Origin: Selenomonadaceae bacterium
GTDB lineage: Bacteria > Bacillota > Negativicutes > Selenomonadales > Selenomonadaceae
NCBI GenBank assembly: GCA_017406175.1
Contig: JAFQZB010000316.1
Coordinates: forward strand, 1 to 53,274
Length of the DNA stretch: 53,274 nucleotides
Direction: 5' to 3'
The translations under genes were made by a program, and so were the position numbers. Within the stretch, counting starts at the first letter, position 1. Each line of letters begins with the position of its first letter. The notes under the pieces were generated by a model that had not been told where the DNA came from, searched no databases, and saw nothing but the letters and a program-made list of their open reading frames with translations. Below are positions 45,697 to 53,139 of the stretch, one piece after another.

Positions 45697-46008
45697 TTAG
45701 CGGATAATCTTCGTTCCGTTCTCTGCGTCGAAATTTTTCCAGAATTGTTCGCGGGTAATCGTGTTGCCGCTCTTGTCGGTGTAAATGTTGGCGTTTAAGA
45801 GTCCGCCGTTGTCCTTGTAGCCCGCGTAACCCATTTTGTGGAGCAATTCGCGTACCGGAGTGGAATGAATGGAGTTTTCCGCGCTCAAAAGTCCGCGTTT
45901 GTACAGTTCGTCGCCGTCTTGCAATGTTTCGATTATTGTGCCGCCCGCCACGCCGTCAAGTTCCTCGTCGCTCAACACTTCGTCCTTCAAAATCTTTTCG
46001 TCAGCCAT
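45697..46008 (-). CDS. Double-glycine-leader secreted protein, paralogue 2 (103 aa precursor)
   Basis: The ATG at 46008 follows SD GGAGG. Leader MADEKILKDEVLSDEELDGVAGG is a perfect L(-12), E(-8), L(-7), V(-4), GG pattern. Confidence 0.75.
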   Translation of the reverse strand: MADEKILKDEVLSDEELDGVAGGTIIETLQDGDELYKRGLLSAENSIHSTPVRELLHKMGYAGYKDNGGLLNANIYTDKSGNTITREQFWKNFDAENGTKIIR

Positions 46009-46040
46009 TTTTATCAACCTCCAAATCGTTTTCTGCTTCT

Positions 46041-46068
46041 TATACGTTGAATTTCCGATTTCGTTACA
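46041..46068 (-). promoter_or_regulatory. ECF-sigma-type promoter, TGTAAC-N16-CGTATA
   Basis: On the minus strand: TGTAAC (46068-46063), 16 nt, CGTATA (46046-46041). A sigma70-like TTGACC-N17-TAAAGT lies just upstream (46098-46070). Confidence 0.6.
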
Positions 46069-46164
46069 AACTTTAGCAAAAAATTTTTTCGCGGTCAACG
46101 AAATTTTTTCAGGGCAGGAAATTTGCTTCAAGTACAGAAAAAATCTTCGCGAGGAGGGATTTAT

Positions 46165-47982
46165 ATGGGAAAAATCTTTAGACGAACGCTGACGGCTCTG
46201 CTAATCGTGATTTTCGCATTAAGTGCGGCAATCGTCGGCGCAAAAATCCAAATGTACACGGCGACTGGCGAAGATTACGCTAACGAAGTCGAATCGCAGG
46301 ATATTGCTAAGCTCCGTGCACGCGACAAGGCTATCAAGAAGGCGACAAAACAAGCCGGCGTTTATTTGAAAACCTATTCGCGCTCCGTCAACAGCGAATT
46401 AACCGATGATGAAGTCACTGCGATAACGTCAAACGCTTGGCAACTCGTCGGCGAGCCTAAATACTCAAGTAAGATAGTAAAAGGTTCCGATGAAACGTCG
46501 ATTATCATTTGGACGGCGACTGTTGAGGTTAATGTCGACGATTCAGAGATTCAAAGCTGGATTAAACGCGATGATAAAGATAAATCGACGATAATCACTC
46601 AAACACAAGAGGCGCAGAAGTCTGCAGAAGAAAACGACCGCAAAATTGAAGACTTGAGAGAAAAATACAACCGCGCAACGTCTCAAGCCGAAAAAGATAG
46701 CCTTCGCAAGCAGATGAACGACTCCGACCGCGACTTTTTAGCTAATCAGAAGCTTGAAGAAGGAAATAAGCTTTATTATGCCAAAGATTATTACGGAGCG
46801 ATTAAACTCTACAGAGAAGTTATTAAAATTAAGCCAGATTGGTCTTTTCCGTACAACAATCGCGGCGTTGCTTATAATGATTTAGAACAATACGAGCGAG
46901 CCATTGCTGATTACGATAAAGCTATTCAACTCAATCCGAATTTAGCCGAGGCGTACAACAATCGCGGAGTTGCTTATAATAAATTAGGACAATACGAGCA
47001 AGCCTTCAATGATTACAATCGAGCTATCGAACTCAATCCGAATTATGCATCTGCGCACAACAATCGCGGCAATGCTTATAGCCTTTTAAAACAAAACGAG
47101 CGAGCAATTCAAGATTTTGACAAAGCTATCGAACTCAATCCGAAGTATGCGGAGGCGTACAACAATCGCGGCAATGCTTATAGCCTTTTAAAACAAAACG
47201 AGCGAGCAATTCAAGACTACAATAAAGCAATCGAACTCAATCCGAATTATGCCAATGTGTATTATAACCGCGGTATTGCTTATTCTGATTTAGGACAAAA
47301 AGAGCGGGCAATTCAAGATTATTCCAAAGCTATCGAACTCAATCCGAATTTTGCATCTGCGTACAATAATCGCGGCAATGCTTATTATTATTTAGGACAA
47401 TATGAGAATGCGATAGCTGATTATTCTAAAGCAATAGAACTTAATCCAAATCATACTGGGGCGTACAGACGGCGTGCTCAAGCTTATAAAGAACTTGGAC
47501 AATATGAGCAAGCTATTGAGAATTATACTATGTCTATTAAAATTAAATCAGATGATATCTTCTTATATGAAGGCAGAGGTATAGCCTATTACAAAGTAAA
47601 AAAATATCAGAAAGCTATTGCTGATTTCAATAAAGCTCTCAAACTCAATCCGGAATTTACAGCGATTCGTGCTTCTAGAGGAAATGTTTATTACGAATTA
47701 AAAGATTACAAAAAAGCTATCCAAGATTATGATAAGTACATTGAAAAAAATCAAACGGATTATCGTGTTTATTTTAAACGCGGTATGTCTTATAAAAATT
47801 TAAAGCAATACGAAATGGCTATTCAAGACTTTGAGAAGGTTTTTAAACTTACTCGTTATGAATTTAGTTTTGATAAATCTGAGTTATATTTTAATCGTGG
47901 ATTTTGTTATCAACAACTCGGCGATGAGGCAAAAGCGCAAGCTGACTTCGCGAAAGCAAAAGAACTCGGCTACAAAGGCTGA
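46165..47982 (+). CDS. Membrane-anchored/exported LPP20-like N-domain plus TPR-repeat protein (~13 TPR units)
   Basis: The ATG at 46165 follows SD GGAGGG. Signal/anchor LTALLIVIFALSAAIVGA. Long TPR array with AYNNRG..Y..L.Q.E.AI.DY.KAIELNPN consensus. AT-rich. Confidence 0.8.
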   Translation: MGKIFRRTLTALLIVIFALSAAIVGAKIQMYTATGEDYANEVESQDIAKLRARDKAIKKATKQAGVYLKTYSRSVNSELTDDEVTAITSNAWQLVGEPKYSSKIVKGSDETSIIIWTATVEVNVDDSEIQSWIKRDDKDKSTIITQTQEAQKSAEENDRKIEDLREKYNRATSQAEKDSLRKQMNDSDRDFLANQKLEEGNKLYYAKDYYGAIKLYREVIKIKPDWSFPYNNRGVAYNDLEQYERAIADYDKAIQLNPNLAEAYNNRGVAYNKLGQYEQAFNDYNRAIELNPNYASAHNNRGNAYSLLKQNERAIQDFDKAIELNPKYAEAYNNRGNAYSLLKQNERAIQDYNKAIELNPNYANVYYNRGIAYSDLGQKERAIQDYSKAIELNPNFASAYNNRGNAYYYLGQYENAIADYSKAIELNPNHTGAYRRRAQAYKELGQYEQAIENYTMSIKIKSDDIFLYEGRGIAYYKVKKYQKAIADFNKALKLNPEFTAIRASRGNVYYELKDYKKAIQDYDKYIEKNQTDYRVYFKRGMSYKNLKQYEMAIQDFEKVFKLTRYEFSFDKSELYFNRGFCYQQLGDEAKAQADFAKAKELGYKG

Positions 47983-47987
47983 AACGT

Positions 47988-48120
47988 AAAAATCCGGTAT
48001 TTCGGATAAAAATCCTGTATGCTGGATTTTTCAGCCCCTATCAAGCCCTGAACAGGGGCTTTTTTTGTTGTTTCGCGTTATGACGCCATTTAGCCTTTTG
48101 AAAAATCCGGTATTTCGGAT
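47988..48120. repeat. Two identical 20-mers AAAAATCCGGTATTTCGGAT (47988-48007 and 48101-48120), each a small hairpin
   Basis: Exact repeat read directly. Each contains the ATCCG/CGGAT inverted repeat. Confidence 0.85.
48033..48067 (+). terminator. Rho-independent terminator after the TPR gene
   Basis: AGCCCCT...CCCTGAACAGGGGCT followed by T7. Confidence 0.7.
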
Positions 48121-48174
48121 TTTCCGTTTTGTACCTCAAAATCGACCTCAAAACCATTTTCAAGCAAATTTTCG

Positions 48175-48203
48175 TTGCAAAATCGTTTTTCGGCGCGTAT
48201 GAT
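48175..48203 (+). promoter_or_regulatory. Sigma70-type promoter for mtaD
   Basis: TTGCAA (48175-48180), 17-nt spacer, TATGAT (48198-48203). Confidence 0.55.
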
Positions 48204-48230
48204 ACTCAAAAACAGAAATGAGGTATGAAA

Positions 48231-49514
48231 ATGGCTAATGAATTCGTGATTCAAGGCGTCAAACTCTTAAATCCCGCCGGCGAGGTCGTTACGGCTAATA
48301 TTTTCGTCTCCGGCGATAAAATTTCTAAAATCTCTGCCGATGAACCCGCAAATACTAAAATTATCGACGGCAAAGGCAAATTCGCAACTCCAGGACTCGT
48401 AAACGCCCATACACACGCCTCAATGACCCTTCTGCGCAGTTATTCCGACGATAAAGCCCTTATGGACTGGCTCCAAAAAGATATTTGGCCTATCGAAGAC
48501 AAAATGACCCGTCAAGATATTTATTGGGGCGCGAAATTGGCGGCGGTCGAGATGATTCGCGGCGGCACGACTGCTTTTGCCGATATGTACGGTCCTTGCA
48601 TGGAAGAAGTCGCTAAAGTCGTCGACGAATCTGGCTTGCGCGGCAGTTTGAGCCAAGGTCTTATCAGTTTTGCCAACGGCGATAAAAAATTAGCCTCGAA
48701 CGTCGAACTTTACAAGAATTTTCACGGCGCGGCGGACGGCAGGATAACAATTATGCTCGGACCGCACGCGATTTACACTTGCCCGCCCGATTATCTTAAA
48801 AAAGTCGTCGTTGAGGCTGAAAAACTCGGCGCGGAAATTCATATGCACATGAACGAGACTAAAACCGAAATTGAGGACTGTTTGAAGAATTATGGCAAGC
48901 GACCGTTTGAAGTCGTCGCCGAAACTGGGCTTTTGGATTGCGGAATGCTCGCGGCGCATTGTGTTTGGTTGAGCGACGCCGAAATTGAGATTATGAGCAA
49001 AAAAAATGTCCGAGTGGCGCATAATCCAGGCTCGAACATGAAATTGGCTAGCGGAATCGCTCCAGTGACCAAACTTTTAGCTAAAAATGTGACGGTTGCC
49101 CTTGGGACGGATGGCGCGTCGTCGAATAATAACCTTGACATGCTGGAGGAAGTCAGATTGGCGGCATTGCTCGCGAAAGTCGACACGTTAGACCCGTTAG
49201 CGGTTCCGGCGGCGCAAGCTTTGCAAATGGCAACGGAATTCGGCGCAAAAGCTCTGAATTTGTCTAAGGTCGGGCGACTTGAGGCAGGATTTAAGGCTGA
49301 CATCGTGCTTTGGGATATGGGCGGCGTCGATTGGCAACCGAATTATAATCCGGCGTCGCTTTTGGTGTATTCGGCGAACGCATCGGCGGCTGATACGGTG
49401 ATTGTTGACGGAAAAATATTAATGCAGGGTCGCGAACTGAAAACTTTGGACGAGGAAAAGATTATCGCGGAATTTAATTCATGTGCTAATCGTTTGACCG
49501 GAAAAAATTCCTAA
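48231..49514 (+). CDS. mtaD: 5-methylthioadenosine/S-adenosylhomocysteine deaminase-type amidohydrolase
   Basis: NAHTHASMTLLRSYSDDKALMDWLQKDIWPIE and the downstream HMHMNE, HCVW and GTDGASSNN motifs are typical of MtaD. The ATG at 48231 has better SD spacing than 48225. Confidence 0.82.
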   Translation: MANEFVIQGVKLLNPAGEVVTANIFVSGDKISKISADEPANTKIIDGKGKFATPGLVNAHTHASMTLLRSYSDDKALMDWLQKDIWPIEDKMTRQDIYWGAKLAAVEMIRGGTTAFADMYGPCMEEVAKVVDESGLRGSLSQGLISFANGDKKLASNVELYKNFHGAADGRITIMLGPHAIYTCPPDYLKKVVVEAEKLGAEIHMHMNETKTEIEDCLKNYGKRPFEVVAETGLLDCGMLAAHCVWLSDAEIEIMSKKNVRVAHNPGSNMKLASGIAPVTKLLAKNVTVALGTDGASSNNNLDMLEEVRLAALLAKVDTLDPLAVPAAQALQMATEFGAKALNLSKVGRLEAGFKADIVLWDMGGVDWQPNYNPASLLVYSANASAADTVIVDGKILMQGRELKTLDEEKIIAEFNSCANRLTGKNS

Positions 49515-50295
49515 TCTTAGTGAAGAACTCTGCTTTGAACAGTCTAAATTTAAATTCAGTCAGCCCGAAGCGCGGCTTGCGAATATGCACGCGATAAAGT
49601 TCATAAGGATTAGTTTTAAGGGTATTCAAGCCCGCCTCGCCAGTTACAGCGGTCAAATAATTTTCTTCCTGCAAAATCTCGACCAAATCGGAATTAAAAG
49701 CCCCGTTCGGATAAGAAAAGCTATAAATCGTGTCTAAGCCGCTCCATTCCAAGAAAATTTTCGATTCTTTAATCTGTCTGCGTTGAGTATTTTTATCTAA
49801 GGTTGTTAAATCCAAATGGTCGGCGGTATGGGAACCGATTTCGATACCATACTGTTGCATAACCTTGAGTTGATTGAACTTGAGGTAATTTTTTTGCCCG
49901 ATTTCGTTAGTGATGACGTAAACAACGGCTTTCATGTCGTGCGCCTTCAAAATCGGGAACATCTCGGAAAAATTATCTTCGTAGCCGTCATCGAAGGTTA
50001 GGACGATTGGTTTATCAGGCAAATTGCCTTTACCGTGCATGACGCGCATAAAATCCTGCAAAGTTATCGTCGTGTAGCCTTCTGACTGCAGATAATCGAG
50101 TTGGGCGGCGAAATCGGCTGGCGGCACGTTATAAATTTCAAAATCCGGGTCGAGCGGTTCATTAGTGACTTGATGATATTCGAGAATGGGAAAACCTTCG
50201 GGCTCCGGCAGAAAAAAGATAATCGCCGCGAGTAATGAGCTTAAGATAAGAAAAATGATAGCGATGATGCGCAAAATAATCACCTCCGCGAACAT
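49486..50295 (-). CDS. Polysaccharide deacetylase (CE4 / PgdA family), membrane-anchored
   Basis: N-terminal TM. LTFDDGYEDN and SHTADH motifs. The 3' end overlaps the mtaD 3' end by 29 nt (convergent genes). Confidence 0.85.
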   Translation of the reverse strand: MFAEVIILRIIAIIFLILSSLLAAIIFFLPEPEGFPILEYHQVTNEPLDPDFEIYNVPPADFAAQLDYLQSEGYTTITLQDFMRVMHGKGNLPDKPIVLTFDDGYEDNFSEMFPILKAHDMKAVVYVITNEIGQKNYLKFNQLKVMQQYGIEIGSHTADHLDLTTLDKNTQRRQIKESKIFLEWSGLDTIYSFSYPNGAFNSDLVEILQEENYLTAVTGEAGLNTLKTNPYELYRVHIRKPRFGLTEFKFRLFKAEFFTKIRNFFRSND

Positions 50296-50328
50296 TTTAA
50301 CACGCCGCCGATATTTTAAAAAGATTCT

Positions 50329-50356
50329 TTGACTGCGGAAGATTTTTTGCTAAAAT
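50329..50356 (+). promoter_or_regulatory. Sigma70-type promoter upstream of GG-leader gene 3
   Basis: TTGACT (50329-50334), 16-nt spacer, TAAAAT (50351-50356). Confidence 0.5.
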
Positions 50357-50357
50357 G

Positions 50358-50385
50358 TGTAACGAAATGGATTTTTGAACGTATA
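50358..50385 (+). promoter_or_regulatory. ECF-sigma-type promoter, TGTAAC-N16-CGTATA
   Basis: TGTAAC (50358-50363), 16 nt, CGTATA (50380-50385), then AAGCTTCAGAAAAC. Confidence 0.6.
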
Positions 50386-50417
50386 AGCTTCAGAAAACAC
50401 TTTGGAGGTTGATAATC

Positions 50418-50756
50418 ATGGCAAAGGACATTTTGAAGGACGAAATCTTGAAGGACGAGGAACTCGAACAGGTAGCCGGCGGAACTTTTGCGGAAAGTTA
50501 TAGCGACGCTCAACAGTTTGAAAAACTCGGCGTGAAAATCTTCAAAAATGATTTGGTTGGCGTTCCGCTTCTCGACCCTGAAGGTTTCGTAAACCTGCGC
50601 GCAGCGTTTGATAAATACGGCGTCACAATCAAAGACGATGGGAGCATTTGGGGCGACTTGACTGGCAAATCCAAAGCAAATCAATATTATATCGACGGCA
50701 AGGAAGTCAGCCGCGAAGATGCCTGGAAACACATCAACGCGCAGTTCGGTAAGTAA
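50418..50756 (+). CDS. Double-glycine-leader secreted protein, paralogue 3 (112 aa precursor)
   Basis: The ATG at 50418 follows SD GGAGG. Leader MAKDILKDEILKDEELEQVAGG. The C-terminal NQYYIDGKEVSREDAWKHI matches the family motif. Confidence 0.75.
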   Translation: MAKDILKDEILKDEELEQVAGGTFAESYSDAQQFEKLGVKIFKNDLVGVPLLDPEGFVNLRAAFDKYGVTIKDDGSIWGDLTGKSKANQYYIDGKEVSREDAWKHINAQFGK

Positions 50757-50774
50757 AAAATCGTTTCAAAATCA

Positions 50775-50806
50775 AAAGCCCTTCGGCGAGTGTCGGAGGG
50801 CTTTTT
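50775..50806 (+). terminator. Terminator after GG-leader gene 3
   Basis: AAAAGCCCTTCGGCGAGTGTCGGAGGGCTTTTT, a near copy of the hairpin at 45643-45678. Confidence 0.7.
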
Positions 50807-50808
50807 AA

Positions 50809-51648
50809 TTAGTAGCTTAGCCACGTGAAGATAAAGATTGCGATAGAAACGATGCCATTGCGCATGAAGTAGGCTTGAGTGACTTCGCGATAGTCATTGG
50901 GACGAACAATAGCATGTTGATAGACAAGGGCAAGAGCCGCAATCGCCACGCCGACGAAATAAAGCTTACCCAAGCCGAGCATAAGCCCGACGATAACAAA
51001 GCAGATAATCGACACGACGTGAAGCCCGCGAGCAATGTTTAGGGCACCCGCCGCCCCGTACTTAGTCGCCAAAGAGTGAAGGCGTTGTGACTTGTCAAAG
51101 CGTTCGTCCTGTGCACCGTAGACCGCGTCGAAAGCTCCAATCCACAACGCGACCGCCACGCATAAGATTATCATTGGCAAGGAGATTGATTCGGTCAAGG
51201 CGACCCACGCGCCCGCCGGAGCCATTGCGATTGCCACGCCCAAGCACAGGTGACACCACGCGGTAAATCGTTTCGTGAACGGGTAAATTATGAACGGCAC
51301 CGCCGCCACGGGCAAAAGCTTTAAGCATATCGGCGGAAGTTGTGCGACTGTCACGACTAAAACTATCATACACAAAGCCACGAAGATTAACGCCTCGCCT
51401 TTGGTGACTTCGCCGCGAACCATTGCCCGATAAGATAGCCGCGGTTGCAACTTGTCGTATTTCAAGTCGGCTATGTTGTCAATGACGATTGCCGCCCAAC
51501 GCGCTGACGTTATCGCGACTAAGATTAAGACGACCGTCCAGAAGTCTGGCTGACCGTTCGTTGCCATGAAGGAGCTTGCCAACGCGAACGGCAGACTAAA
51601 TATCGTGTGCGGCAAGGCGACGTTGTTTGCATGAGCTTTTAATTTCAT
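50809..51648 (-). CDS. UbiA-family aromatic prenyltransferase
   Basis: Polytopic membrane protein with the NIADLKYD (NxxxDxxxD) and YGAQDERFD Asp-rich motifs. Confidence 0.82.
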   Translation of the reverse strand: MKLKAHANNVALPHTIFSLPFALASSFMATNGQPDFWTVVLILVAITSARWAAIVIDNIADLKYDKLQPRLSYRAMVRGEVTKGEALIFVALCMIVLVVTVAQLPPICLKLLPVAAVPFIIYPFTKRFTAWCHLCLGVAIAMAPAGAWVALTESISLPMIILCVAVALWIGAFDAVYGAQDERFDKSQRLHSLATKYGAAGALNIARGLHVVSIICFVIVGLMLGLGKLYFVGVAIAALALVYQHAIVRPNDYREVTQAYFMRNGIVSIAIFIFTWLSY

Positions 51649-52397
51649 TGCCTCGCGAAGTCACAGTCCGATAAAAGTTTCCATGTCTCGTCAGCTCGCG
51701 CAGAGTTCTTTAAGACTCGTTCGATATTTTTGCTGTCGCTGAAGTCGAAGAACCTTTCCGCCTCTTCACGAGACTTGCCGCCCTTAACCTTGCGATTAAT
51801 CAGCCGCTCGCGTAAAAGCTCTGGCTCGGTGTCAATGAAAACAGAATAATCGCTGAGCACGCGGACATTAGTCCAGCCCGCTTCCTTTAGCAGAAGATAA
51901 TTTCCCTCCAGCAAAATGATGTCGTCCTCAACGCTCCAGTAATCGGGCAACACGTCATGTATCCTGCGGTCGTAAATATTCCAATCAGTGCCCTCTTGCC
52001 GAACCGCACGAATCTTATCAACGAGCAAGTCCACGTCGAAGGTTTCAGGCGCGCCCTTAACGTCACGCATTAAAATTTGTTCGCCGTCGCGTTCAATCTT
52101 GGTGATGTTCATGTAAGCCGCCGTGAAGTGGTAGCCGTCAATGCCTAGGGCGCGAATCGGGTCGACCTCATTGGAACGGTCGCGGCTAAGCTTTTCCAGG
52201 AACTGTGCAAGCGTCGATTTACCTGCTCCGGGCGGTGCGACGAGATACGCGATAACCTTCCTATCCATTGTCATTTTTAAATCGGTTAGCTCGTGCAGGA
52301 ACGGCATAAAGATTTCTTCAACCGCCGCCTCGCTGAACTTGACCTCTTGCCACAGCCCGTTGACTTCCATTTTGTACGTTAGAAATTTTTTCTCCAT
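51645..52397 (-). CDS. P-loop nucleoside/nucleotide kinase family protein (uridine kinase/PRK-like)
   Basis: Walker A APPGAGKST. ATGA overlap with the downstream UbiA gene. SD GAGGAGG upstream. Confidence 0.7.
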   Translation of the reverse strand: MEKKFLTYKMEVNGLWQEVKFSEAAVEEIFMPFLHELTDLKMTMDRKVIAYLVAPPGAGKSTLAQFLEKLSRDRSNEVDPIRALGIDGYHFTAAYMNITKIERDGEQILMRDVKGAPETFDVDLLVDKIRAVRQEGTDWNIYDRRIHDVLPDYWSVEDDIILLEGNYLLLKEAGWTNVRVLSDYSVFIDTEPELLRERLINRKVKGGKSREEAERFFDFSDSKNIERVLKNSARADETWKLLSDCDFARQ

Positions 52398-52410
52398 GAC
52401 TCCTCCTCAA

Positions 52411-52659
52411 TCAATCGTCCTTCACGACGAAGATAATAACTTTGTCGTCTTCAATCTTAGCGATGATTCGATAGTCGCCAACACGATAACGCCAATACCC
52501 GCGCCACTCGCCGCTCAATGCCTTACCGAGCTGTCAAGGATTCTCGCAACCTACCAAATTTTTATCAACCCACGTCAGGATTCGATTACGAACGGGCACA
52601 TCAAGCTTGTTAAGTTTTTTTATTACATGCGGGTCGTATTCAATGCGGTATTGTTTCAT
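52411..52659 (-). pseudogene. RelE/ParE-family toxin interrupted by an in-frame TGA (codon 42)
   Basis: Hand translation gives MKQYRIEYDPHVIKKLNKLDVPVRNRILTWVDKNLVGCENP*QLGKALSGEWRGYWRYRVGDYRIIAKIEDDKVIIFVVKDD*. The internal TGA is at 52534-52536. ATGA overlap with the antitoxin stop. Confidence 0.75.
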
Positions 52660-52880
52660 AACAATCCAAACTCCTGTTTTAATTGTTCGTGTGAAATGGT
52701 CACCGGATTTTTCAAGTACTCCGCATAAGCCGCGTCCGCGTCGCGAATGTCCTCATCGTCTTCAAGGCGGTCGAGTGCTGCTTGCTTAACATATTCCGCC
52801 AGGCTGATACCTTTTTTAGCCGCAAAGCCTTTCATCAGTTCAATAGCCCCGTCATTAAAAGTCAAAGTAACTTCAGCCAT
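52656..52880 (-). CDS. Type II antitoxin (RelB/DinJ- or RHH-like) paired with the RelE-like gene
   Basis: 74 aa. MAEVTLTFNDGAIELMKGFAAKKGISLAEYVKQAALDRLEDDED suggests a ribbon-helix-helix-like N-terminus. It lies immediately upstream of the toxin and overlaps it. Confidence 0.65.
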   Translation of the reverse strand: MAEVTLTFNDGAIELMKGFAAKKGISLAEYVKQAALDRLEDDEDIRDADAAYAEYLKNPVTISHEQLKQEFGLL

Positions 52881-52901
52881 TGTAATCGCGCTCCTTTTCC
52901 G

Positions 52902-53120
52902 TCACAGCGTATAGCGAGAAAGTTCTTCCACTTCGACGCCCGTCGCTTTTATCTTGAGCCGGTAATAAATATCTTCAGGCTCTGAATATTCAACTGCAAC
53001 GATGATTAAATTTCCGTCGTCGTAATCGCCCAAAAGGATTTCGCTGTCGAGTTCATCGGAAAAAATTCTGCCGGCAATATCATCGTCATATTCAAAGCTC
53101 GAAACGTCCTTGAACGTCAC
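52902..53120 (-). CDS. Small acidic hypothetical protein (72 aa), possibly 5'-truncated
   Basis: GTG start with no convincing SD. It begins 20 nt from the inferred IS end, so the native 5' end may have been lost. Confidence 0.35.
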   Translation of the reverse strand: MTFKDVSSFEYDDDIAGRIFSDELDSEILLGDYDDGNLIIVAVEYSEPEDIYYRLKIKATGVEVEELSRYTL

Positions 53121-53139
53121 ACAGATTAAACCGTTCTAA

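Noticed and set aside
46850-47460. Regular 102-bp periodic repeats as a CRISPR-like array.
   Set aside because: The repeats are in-frame TPR units of an intact ORF with no spacer/repeat structure. No CRISPR array is present anywhere in the window.
52534-52536. The in-frame TGA in the RelE-like gene as selenocysteine or an alternative genetic code.
   Set aside because: TGA clearly terminates several well-conserved genes in this window, e.g. 4286-5032 and folB. No SECIS-like hairpin follows the codon. A nonsense mutation is the simplest reading.
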